Positions 51,713 through 60,484 of a stretch of DNA of 64,000 nt are shown here, piece by piece. The translations under genes and the position numbers were made by a program. Position 1 is the stretch's first letter; each line of letters starts with the position of its first letter. Below the pieces are notes generated by a model, which saw only the letters and a list, made by a program, of their open reading frames with translations, did no database searches and was not told where the DNA came from. Origin of the DNA: Calditrichia bacterium (GTDB lineage Bacteria > Calditrichota > Calditrichia > JAJRVZ01); assembly GCA_963796965.1 (NCBI GenBank), contig CAWCNS010000004.1, positions 256,001 through 320,000 of the forward strand, written 5' to 3'.

Positions 51713-52867
51713 ATGATGAGTAAAAGAAAGTGTATTCAGTTTGGCATTATTGGCTGTGGATTAATGGGGCGTGAGTTTGCCGTTGCATCGGCACGCTGGC
51801 CGGCGTTAATAGATCAGGATGTGCGACCAGAAATAGTCGGGATTTGCGATTTAAATGAAAGTCTTTTTGAGTGGTATTTGGATAATTTCGATTCCATAAA
51901 GGTCGTTACAAGGGATTATCATGAATTGCTTTCTAACGATGAGATTGATTTTATCTATTGCGCAGTACCGCATAATTTACATGAAAGAATTTATAGTGAT
52001 ATTATCCGAGCAGGGAAACATCTTCTCGGAGAGAAACCTTTTGGAATTGATCTGGAAGCGAATAAGAATATCCTGGAAGTAATCGATAATAATCCGGATG
52101 TATTTGTACGTTGTTCATCTGAATTCCCATTTTATCCGGGTGCGCATCAAATTCATAAATTTATTGCAGATAATCCCTGGGGCACAATATTACATGTGGA
52201 TGTAAACTTTTTGCACTCTTCTGATATTAATTCCACCAAGCCTATAAATTGGAAGCGAATGATAAATATAAATGGAGAATACGGCTGCATGGGCGATCTT
52301 GGCATGCACCCCCTTCACATTCCCATCCGGGTCGGTTGGATCCCAAAAACTGTTTCTGCATCACTTTCTAATATTATTACCCAGCGACCAGATGGAAAAG
52401 GAGGAGCCGCAGCATGTGAAACCTGGGATAATGCAACTTTACAGTGTGTAGTTGAGCATCCGCAAGATAAATATGATTTCCCTATGACCGTTAAAACGTA
52501 TCGCATTGCTCCCGGTGAAACAAATACATGGTCAATTGAAATTCTCGGTACCAAATTCAGTACCCGTTTTAGTACAAAACATCCCAAAACATTGCATACA
52601 ATGACATATCAAAATGGTGGAAAGCAGGAATGGCGGAGCGAGGATTTAGGCTTTCATTCTGTTTACAAAACTATTACAGGAGAAATTTTTGAATTCGGTT
52701 TTACCGATGCTATTTTGCAAATGTGGGCGACTGCTCTTGACGAATTTTCAAATCCCGGAAAAGGTATGCCTTATGGATGCATTAGGCCATATGAAACTCT
52801 GATCCAGCACAAAGTACTAACGGCAGCTCTGGAATCACATAAAAAGCAACAGATCATTGCGTTGTGA
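51713..52867 (+). CDS. Gfo/Idh/MocA family oxidoreductase
   Basis: GIIGCGLMG; AVPHNLH; GEKPFG; GCMGDLGMH. Confidence 0.9.
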   Translation: MMSKRKCIQFGIIGCGLMGREFAVASARWPALIDQDVRPEIVGICDLNESLFEWYLDNFDSIKVVTRDYHELLSNDEIDFIYCAVPHNLHERIYSDIIRAGKHLLGEKPFGIDLEANKNILEVIDNNPDVFVRCSSEFPFYPGAHQIHKFIADNPWGTILHVDVNFLHSSDINSTKPINWKRMININGEYGCMGDLGMHPLHIPIRVGWIPKTVSASLSNIITQRPDGKGGAAACETWDNATLQCVVEHPQDKYDFPMTVKTYRIAPGETNTWSIEILGTKFSTRFSTKHPKTLHTMTYQNGGKQEWRSEDLGFHSVYKTITGEIFEFGFTDAILQMWATALDEFSNPGKGMPYGCIRPYETLIQHKVLTAALESHKKQQIIAL

Positions 52868-52917
52868 AAACTCATGAAAAAAGAAACGACAATGCATAGC
52901 CAGGAATTCACGAGAGA

Positions 52918-54213
52918 ATGAAAAAATTTGGATTGAATGAAAAAAATTACCTTGTAGTGGATATTGGCACCAGCGATATAAAGTGTGGATGTATTAATTC
53001 CAATTATGACATCTTAGCACAGTATCATCGGAAATTTCCGATGGTGCAAAACCAGCGCAGCTTTGAAATTGATTTTAATTTATTTTTTGACACAACCACC
53101 GATCTACTAATGGAGTGTTTGACAGATCGGGTTGTTGAGCGTTCAACAGTTGAGGCCTTGTTAATTACCAGTCAGGCACAAACATTTGCTCCTGTGAACG
53201 CCGATTTTATCCCGATTTATAAGGGTATTGTTTGGCTGGATGAGCGTGCCGAAAAAGAAGCAGCTTATCTGAAGGAACGTCTTTCTGATTTCGCTCAATC
53301 AGCGGGTTTTAATCATCCTTTACCCAGTCTATATATATCAAAACTGTTATGGTTAAAAAATAATGAACCGGCTATTTTCAAAAAGGCCACAGCCTTTCCC
53401 TTGATCAACGAATTCCTGGCCTTCAGACTAACCGGTGAATTCTATTCCGATAACACTAATTTTGGGATGGGCGGGATGTATGATTTCCGCTACGATACAC
53501 TAAATAAAAAGGTTTTGCAAATTCTTGGTCTGAGGGAAGAATATTTCCCGAAGATAGACAAAGCGGTCATGAGGGGTGAATTGATATCGCAATCTATTCA
53601 GAAAGAATGGAAATTAGACTATCGGTTTCCCGTATTTCTCTGTGGCAATGACCAGGGAGCTTCTGCAAGCGGCGAAGGGCTTGATCAGCCGGGTAGTGTG
53701 AATATAAACTTTGGCACGGCCATGGTTTTCTATACTCTTACGGATTCCTTAACCACGGATCTGACGGAAGACCAAATCGCGGGCAAGCATCCTGTAGGTG
53801 ATGATTATTTCCTGCTTAATTTTGAAAGTGACTTTGGTGTGCAAGTTCGTCAACTCAAAGATAAATTTTTTAAACAAGGCACATATGATCAGTTCTTCCA
53901 AACCTATCTCGAATTCCCTGACGTAGATGAACAGATACCTCTTTCAGAAGAGAGTGATCTAAGTTTTGTTTCAGAATCGGATTCATATCGATTTTGTGCG
54001 GGAATTATAAAATATTATCTAAACCGTTTTCAATTTCATATTACCCAAATTCGTAAGTCAGTTTATATAAAAAATGTTACACTGTCCGGAGGTCTGATGC
54101 TCTCAAAAGTTTGGGTTGATATATTGCAGAGTACTATAGATCATCCAATCACCATAAATAATCGCGCTAATGCAGGATTGATTGGTGCTTTACATATTTA
54201 TAAGAATAATTAA
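52918..54213 (+). CDS. FGGY family carbohydrate kinase
   Basis: VDIGTSDIK, WLDERA, KLLWLK..EP, GNDQ, NFGT, SGG. Confidence 0.88.
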   Translation: MKKFGLNEKNYLVVDIGTSDIKCGCINSNYDILAQYHRKFPMVQNQRSFEIDFNLFFDTTTDLLMECLTDRVVERSTVEALLITSQAQTFAPVNADFIPIYKGIVWLDERAEKEAAYLKERLSDFAQSAGFNHPLPSLYISKLLWLKNNEPAIFKKATAFPLINEFLAFRLTGEFYSDNTNFGMGGMYDFRYDTLNKKVLQILGLREEYFPKIDKAVMRGELISQSIQKEWKLDYRFPVFLCGNDQGASASGEGLDQPGSVNINFGTAMVFYTLTDSLTTDLTEDQIAGKHPVGDDYFLLNFESDFGVQVRQLKDKFFKQGTYDQFFQTYLEFPDVDEQIPLSEESDLSFVSESDSYRFCAGIIKYYLNRFQFHITQIRKSVYIKNVTLSGGLMLSKVWVDILQSTIDHPITINNRANAGLIGALHIYKNN

Positions 54214-54229
54214 TTGAGGAAAATCTGCT

Positions 54230-55166
54230 ATGACTGATTTTGTTTACGACCCCTCGCACTTTGTTCCTTTTAGAGATAAAAAAGTAATCGAAAGAGTCAG
54301 AAAAATAAAAAGTAAAGAAATTGAGAATCATCCGAATCCCGATTATAAAATACGAATTGTACCAGATGCTGATTTGTCCCTAATCACTCTGTTTGATGCG
54401 TTTCACCGTATAAAGACATCAGCTGATAACAATGATTCAATTGTGATGATTATGCCAAATCCCTGGCCGCAGTTCAGGATGTTGGCGCACATGCTCAATA
54501 AATTTCATGTGAATTGCCGCAAGCTACACACGTTTAATATGGATGAATACGCTGATCAGGATGGTAAAATTGCGCCCGAAACATGGATTTATGGTTTTGG
54601 ACATGCTTTCAAGAAATATTTTTATCATAATCTTGATAAGGATCTCAGGCCTCCGGAAAAACAAATTCATACATTCACCAATGATAATATCAATGATTAT
54701 GGAAAAATGATTTCTGATCATGGTGAAGCAGATATTGTCTATAGCGGTCCGGGTTGGACCGGACATCTGGCCTTTATCGAGCCGGATGCACCAGAATTCA
54801 AGGCCAAATCTATGACAGAATGGATGGAGATGGGACCGCGTATTGTGACGCTTAGCCCTTTTACATTGGCACAAAATTCCCTGCATGGCAGCTTTGGCAT
54901 GAGTGGTGACCTGGCCATGGTTCCACCTAAAGCGGCAACTATCGGTCCCGCTCAGGTTGTGCAGAGCCAAAAACCGCATACAATCCTTTGGGATTGGTGT
55001 TCACGGTACAACCACTTCCTGGCAACGATTGATTTCCCGTCTGGTGATGCATGGCGAGCCAACGCCATTAGTGCCGGAATCTGTAAACCAGCTCCTGCGA
55101 ACAGACGCCTATGTTACTGAAACCATCGCTATGGATATCAATCCAAACTGGGAAAAAGGCTATTAA
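54230..55166 (+). CDS. Glucosamine-6-phosphate deaminase/isomerase-like (NagB/RpiA fold) protein; frameshifted near 54965
   Basis: FNMDEY, GPGWTGHLAF, VPPKAATIG; C-terminus (TPLVPES..QL) in the 54903 frame. Confidence 0.78.
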
Positions 55167-57548
55167 ATGACCAGACAGGAAATAAAAAAATTATTAGAGC
55201 AAGGTGAAGTCATTATTGACAGCCATACACATGTGGGCATTTCACCTAAATTTTATTACCAATATGGTTATCCTTACGCGCTGTCACTTGAAGATCTGGT
55301 TATTCGAATGGATGTGCATGGCATTGATCATGCGGTTGTTTTCCCTTTTGTGGATTCTGCTTTTTATGAAAATGATAGTCAATCAACTCAGGTGAAAACG
55401 ACAACCCGATATTGTCATTTTCCTTATGAGATAGAGAACAAGAACCTCTTGAATGAAATCCATGAAATATTTCCAAAACACAGCCAAAAGTTTTTTCCTT
55501 TTCTTATGTTTGATCCTTCGCGAGAGACAGAAAAACAAGCTGCCTTTATGGAAGAATTATCAGAAAAACATTCTGTTTTTGGTTTAAAAACGGCAACTAC
55601 CTATATCCAGGCTTTTGTGCACGATCTGGAAACCAAAGGTAAACCAATCCTTGATTTTGCACAAAAAAAGCAGATTCCCATCGTTTTTCATTCTGCTGTA
55701 CACCCTGCAGACCCTTGGGCTTCGGTTTATGATATTGTCGATTTTGCCGAAAAACACCCCGGTATTCGTGTCTGTATTGCTCATTCCGCCCGTTTTGTTA
55801 ACCCTGTTCTGGAGAGAGCTGACCGTTTGAATAATTGTTTTGTCGATCTTTCGGCATTCATTATTCATTGTAAATTGGTAATGCAAAACTCAACTGCTGT
55901 AGCAAATGAGGATATTCGTTTTCCGGCTGACTATAGTGATCCGTTAAGAGTGATGATTCAGCTAGTTGAAGCATATCCTGATACAATGCTCTGGGGCAGT
56001 GATACACCCTTCTATTACTGGATTCAGAAATATTTTACTGGTGAGGGTGAACTCGTAACGGATAAACTTCAATGTGGTTACAATGAGGAGGCAGAATTAT
56101 TACATAATTTGCCAAAAGAGATTAAAACAAAAATTGCCTATAAAAATAATATACGTTTTATTTTTGGAGAGATAAAATTGAGAGAGTTACGGGCAGGTGC
56201 TGTCACTATTGAGGTTACGCCTCAAAAACCTATGTTCCTGCATGGCTATCCCCATGTTGAGCGGATCAGCCAGGGAACTCATGATCCTCTGTATGCTTCC
56301 GCTTTGATTATAGATAATGGTGAAATTCAGGTTGGCTTTTGCGCTGTTGATCTTATCTTCATTTCAAGGGAAATTACTGAGAGAGTCAGAAAGCAGGTTC
56401 AAAAGGTTACCGGTATTCCGGGTCATAATTTAATGCTTTCCGCATCCCATACCCATTCCGGTCCTGTAATCTTTAGTGACATCTTTTACGATCCGGTAGT
56501 GCCTAAGGCAGATCCTGAATATATTTCTTACCTGGTAGATAAGTTAGTGCAAGTCTACGTGGGAGCGTTTCAAAACAAAAAGACATGCAAAATTGGTATC
56601 ACTACCGCTAATGGATCCGGTGTTGGTGGAAACCGGCGGAATAAAACCGATGCCGTTGATCCGGAAGTTCCTGTTATTGTAGTAAAGGATAGTGCATCGG
56701 ATAGGATAATCGCCCTGTCAACCGTTTATTGCATGCATCCCACAGTTTTGCATGAGGATTCAAAACTTTATTCTGCTGACTTTCCCGGTTATACCCGTGA
56801 TTATGTAAAAAAGGAAGTGGGTGATGATGTTGTTTTGCTCTATCATACCGGACCATCCGGCAATCAATCCCCACGTCATTTCATTGAATCAAATACGTTT
56901 AATGAAGCAAAACAACTTGGCTATATGCTGGGCAAGCAAATCATGAATAGCATCCGGCAGTTAGATGACGGCTATTTCAAAGATTGGATTCCCATCTCCG
57001 TACGGCAGTCCAGCGTGATGCTCCCTAAGAGAACATTCATGACGATAAAAGATGCTGAGACAAAATTGATATTAGTTGAGAAAAAACTAAAACAAATGCG
57101 CCTGGATAATGCGCCAGCCTCAAAAATAAGAACAGTTGAATGCGATTTGTTTGGCGCTGAAGAAAACAAACAGTTAGCCGAAATGGCGGCTAAGGGAGAA
57201 ATTGACCAGATTTATCAAATGGTTTTACCTGCAGAAATTGATGTGGTTAGTCTTGATGAGAGTCATTTTGTTTTCTTGCCAGGAGAATTGTTTGTTGAAT
57301 ATTCCTTAGTTTTAAAAGAAAAATCAGCGGTAGAGACTTTTGTTGTCAGTTTATCAAACGGGGTTCTTGCCGGATATCTCGTAACAGAAGAAGCGGAACA
57401 AGAGGGCGGGTACGAAGCCTCTAATAGCATTTTTCCGGCAAAGGCTGGTCAAGTTTTGGTTAACGAAGTTTTATCAATTCTGGGGAAAAAGGATCTGGAT
57501 AGTGTCATCCCGATAAATTCAGGACATGATAGAATGAGAAAGGATTAA
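55167..57548 (+). CDS. Fusion of an amidohydrolase (TIM barrel) and a neutral/alkaline ceramidase-like domain
   Basis: IIDSHTH, IAHS, WGSDTP; then LRAGAV.IEVTP, HDPLYA, SASHTHSGP, HPT, SADFPG, PGELF, GGYE. Confidence 0.78.
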   Translation: MTRQEIKKLLEQGEVIIDSHTHVGISPKFYYQYGYPYALSLEDLVIRMDVHGIDHAVVFPFVDSAFYENDSQSTQVKTTTRYCHFPYEIENKNLLNEIHEIFPKHSQKFFPFLMFDPSRETEKQAAFMEELSEKHSVFGLKTATTYIQAFVHDLETKGKPILDFAQKKQIPIVFHSAVHPADPWASVYDIVDFAEKHPGIRVCIAHSARFVNPVLERADRLNNCFVDLSAFIIHCKLVMQNSTAVANEDIRFPADYSDPLRVMIQLVEAYPDTMLWGSDTPFYYWIQKYFTGEGELVTDKLQCGYNEEAELLHNLPKEIKTKIAYKNNIRFIFGEIKLRELRAGAVTIEVTPQKPMFLHGYPHVERISQGTHDPLYASALIIDNGEIQVGFCAVDLIFISREITERVRKQVQKVTGIPGHNLMLSASHTHSGPVIFSDIFYDPVVPKADPEYISYLVDKLVQVYVGAFQNKKTCKIGITTANGSGVGGNRRNKTDAVDPEVPVIVVKDSASDRIIALSTVYCMHPTVLHEDSKLYSADFPGYTRDYVKKEVGDDVVLLYHTGPSGNQSPRHFIESNTFNEAKQLGYMLGKQIMNSIRQLDDGYFKDWIPISVRQSSVMLPKRTFMTIKDAETKLILVEKKLKQMRLDNAPASKIRTVECDLFGAEENKQLAEMAAKGEIDQIYQMVLPAEIDVVSLDESHFVFLPGELFVEYSLVLKEKSAVETFVVSLSNGVLAGYLVTEEAEQEGGYEASNSIFPAKAGQVLVNEVLSILGKKDLDSVIPINSGHDRMRKD

Positions 57549-57554
57549 AAAAAC

Positions 57555-57751
57555 AAAACCACAGAGGCCACAGAGAATCACTCTGCGAACCCATAAAGAA
57601 TATTCGAGATGTATCTGTAATCATTTTAAAAATTGAAAGATTAAAAGATGGATATAGTGGAGTGATTTTTAGGAGATCACAGAGAGAGGTATAAAATAAA
57701 TTATTTAAGTTAATAAATATTAAATAGTTACTCTGTGTGCTCTGTGGTTTT
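57555..57751. repeat. REP-like inverted repeat (9-mer periodic family)
   Basis: aaaaccacagaggccacagag versus ctctgtgtgctctgtggtttt (19/21 complementary), with an AT-rich spacer. Confidence 0.8.
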
Positions 57752-57785
57752 TTTTACACTTCCATGGTTTATATGAGGAGGGTAG

Positions 57786-58715
57786 ATGGACGCAGGAGAG
57801 ATGGGTGGTTACCTCGTAAGCATCCCTGTAGCCTGGGATCAGGATGATCAGTTTTTACCCAATCTGTTTCGCAAGGCGATCCAAAAACTGTTGCAGGAAG
57901 ATTGCGATGGGCTCTATCTTTTTGGTACAAGCGGTGAAGGGTATGCGGTGACTGATGATGACTTCATCCGGATTGTGGATGTTTTTGTGGATGCTACGGT
58001 TGATTTTACGGGGTTTCGTCAGGTTGGCTGCCTTGGCCTGAGTTCAGATCAGGTGAAGCATCGTTGCCGGATTGCGGCTGAACGTGGCTTAAAAAGTGTA
58101 CAGATCACACTGCCATTTTGGAAGGAACTAAATGATGTGGAACTTACCCGCTACTTTTCAGATGTCTGTGGTAGCTTTCCGGAATTATCCTTTCTTCTCT
58201 ATAATAATCCTCGTAATAAAAGAAGGTTAAAGGGTAAAGAACTTGAGGCCCTTCACAAGGTAAATCCAAATCTCTATGCGGCCAAGACTGGATCGGGCAC
58301 ATGGCTGGATTTCTTTGAATTAATTACCGAATCACCGTCGATTACGCATTTTGTTACAGAGCCGGCTTTTCTATTCTCCTACAGTCTGGGTACAGTCGGT
58401 CTGATTCCTTCATCGAATTATGTCTTCCCGCAAAGATCTCGTGCCTATTATGATGCGGTAATATCCAGTGATTTAAAGACGGCTGGTCGCCTCCACAGGG
58501 AGATCATACGATTTTTTCATAAAACGGCCATACCCCTGGTACATAAGGGTTATATTGATGGTGCGATTGATAAAGCATATGCACGGATAGGTGGAATGGA
58601 CATACCTTTAAATATAAAATCACCATATGTTCCCTTGAGCAATGAGGATTTTGCCTGGCTTAATTCTGTGGTGCAGCAAGAATTTAACGATGATTTATCC
58701 TTAAATAAGGACTGA
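57786..58715 (+). CDS. Dihydrodipicolinate synthase/N-acetylneuraminate lyase family class I aldolase
   Basis: FGTSGEG; LYNNP; Schiff-base K in AAKTGS. Confidence 0.85.
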   Translation: MDAGEMGGYLVSIPVAWDQDDQFLPNLFRKAIQKLLQEDCDGLYLFGTSGEGYAVTDDDFIRIVDVFVDATVDFTGFRQVGCLGLSSDQVKHRCRIAAERGLKSVQITLPFWKELNDVELTRYFSDVCGSFPELSFLLYNNPRNKRRLKGKELEALHKVNPNLYAAKTGSGTWLDFFELITESPSITHFVTEPAFLFSYSLGTVGLIPSSNYVFPQRSRAYYDAVISSDLKTAGRLHREIIRFFHKTAIPLVHKGYIDGAIDKAYARIGGMDIPLNIKSPYVPLSNEDFAWLNSVVQQEFNDDLSLNKD

Positions 58716-58721
58716 TAGATA

Positions 58722-59498
58722 ATGAAAATGAGAAAAAGCAGGGTTTTAAAAAAATTAAGGGCAGGAGAGATTGTCAGCTGTTTTAATGTTCATTTCGATG
58801 CTCAGTCTTCGGATATTGCCGGCATGAATGGGTTTGATTGTTTGTGGATTTGCCGGGAACATCTCGCCCAGGATTGGTCGACCCTGCAAGCGCATGTGTG
58901 GGCAGCAAAAAGTCATAATATGGATGTAATGGTACGTGTCCCACGCGGTAGTTACAGCGACTATATCAAACCACTTGAGTTAGATGCGAGTGGTATCATG
59001 GTGCCACATATAATGAGTCTTGAAGATGCCCAAAAAGTGGTGCAAATGACGCGATTTCATCCCATTGGCCGGCGACCGCTTGACGGAGGCAATGCTGATG
59101 GAGGATATGCCATGATGAATCTTCCGGATTATACAAAACAGGCAAATGAAGAGCGGTTTATCATTTTACAAATCGAAGATCCGGAAGGACTGGACGATTT
59201 GGAGGCGATTGCTGCTTTAGATGGCATTGATATGCTGTTCTTTGGTCCGGGTGATTTTAGTCATGGTATCGGTGCACCCGGTGATTGGAATCACCCGAAA
59301 CTTTTAGATGCACGCAAACGTGTCGCCGAGGTTGCAGTTAAGCATGGGAAATATGCGGGGATTCCGGCCAGTATTGAAAATTTAGATGGCTTTATCGCAA
59401 TGGGATATAAATTTTTCGCTATCGGGGCGGATGTAATTTCCGTGGGCACCGATTGCAAACAGCTCATGGATGGGTTTTTAGATAAAGTAAATGGATAA
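58722..59498 (+). CDS. HpcH/HpaI family class II pyruvate aldolase
   Basis: CREH, MVRV, GIMVPH, HPIGRR, QIE, FFGPGDFS. Confidence 0.92.
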   Translation: MKMRKSRVLKKLRAGEIVSCFNVHFDAQSSDIAGMNGFDCLWICREHLAQDWSTLQAHVWAAKSHNMDVMVRVPRGSYSDYIKPLELDASGIMVPHIMSLEDAQKVVQMTRFHPIGRRPLDGGNADGGYAMMNLPDYTKQANEERFIILQIEDPEGLDDLEAIAALDGIDMLFFGPGDFSHGIGAPGDWNHPKLLDARKRVAEVAVKHGKYAGIPASIENLDGFIAMGYKFFAIGADVISVGTDCKQLMDGFLDKVNG

Positions 59499-59988
59499 CT
59501 TGAGTACCGAGGTTATAGGTATGCCCAAACAGTCAATGACACGAAAATCTTCGGATAATCAATATTTACACAAGGATTTCCATATTGCTTTAAATCACGG
59601 CCTGGATTATCTGCAGAAAAATATGGGCAGGAAAGCAGTTAAGGAGTACCTGACACAATTTGCGAATACATATTATTTTCCTCTTAAAACTTCTATAAAG
59701 AAAATAGGATTACGTGCTCTCAAGGAGCATTATGAAAAAATTTATAAAATTGAATCCGCTGACTTCAAGATAAATATTTCGCAAGACGAATTAACCATTC
59801 ATTTATTAGCTTCACCTGCAGTAGGGCATATTAAATCGAAAGGGATTCCGGTCAGCGAATCTTTCTGTGAATCTGTCATCACTGTAAATAAAACTATATG
59901 CAGAGATACGTTATATGATATGGAAATGCTTGAGTATAATGATGATACTGGTGCCTATCGCATGCGGTTTTTCAGGAGAACAGCATGA
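59491..59988 (+). CDS. Hypothetical protein, V4R/ATC-hydrolase-like fold (predicted)
   Basis: YLHKDFH; helical N-terminus with G..AV.EYL; SPAV..I...FCE; overlaps both neighbours. Confidence 0.6.
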   Translation: MDNLSTEVIGMPKQSMTRKSSDNQYLHKDFHIALNHGLDYLQKNMGRKAVKEYLTQFANTYYFPLKTSIKKIGLRALKEHYEKIYKIESADFKINISQDELTIHLLASPAVGHIKSKGIPVSESFCESVITVNKTICRDTLYDMEMLEYNDDTGAYRMRFFRRTA

Positions 59989-60422
59989 TATCATGCACAG
60001 AATTCATCCCAGCATATAGTGAGTTATTCAAATATCTTGAAGATAAGCAGGGAAAAGCAGCGGTCAATTCTTTTTGGAATTATCTGTCTGATGTATTTTT
60101 AACAAATCTTAAGGATATTGTTGTCTTAAACGGAATACGCGGTTGCTGGATTTACTGGAGTAAAACGCTTGAAGAGGAGGCAGCCGATTTTACTATGGAA
60201 TTAGATGAAAGGACGGGAGAATTCTCCATTGCGATGCATTATTGTCCTTCAAAGGGCCGCCTGCTTAAAGACAAGCATATGGAACCCTACCGTGATTATT
60301 GTGAACACTGTGATGTGCTTTATCGCAGGGTACTGGAACCTTTAGGATTTACATATGATCTGGATCGTTCTCAAACAGATCAGGCAAAATGCTATCTTTT
60401 GATTAAATCGAATAAAAAATAG
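59985..60422 (+). CDS. Hypothetical Cys-rich protein, V4R/ATC-hydrolase-like fold (predicted)
   Basis: MISCTEFI; G..AV..FW; HYCPS; YCEHC; final C; ATGA overlap with the upstream gene. Confidence 0.65.
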   Translation: MISCTEFIPAYSELFKYLEDKQGKAAVNSFWNYLSDVFLTNLKDIVVLNGIRGCWIYWSKTLEEEAADFTMELDERTGEFSIAMHYCPSKGRLLKDKHMEPYRDYCEHCDVLYRRVLEPLGFTYDLDRSQTDQAKCYLLIKSNKK

Positions 60423-60484
60423 TGTAAACAAATTATTGAATCAGTAAGGAATTAGCGTGAAAAAAATATCTCCGTGGATATTTA

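Noticed and set aside
57786..58715. Assigning nanA or dapA, and likewise nagB, gabT or xylB for neighbouring genes
   Set aside because: Only family-level motifs are present and the sequences are divergent, so orthology cannot be supported.
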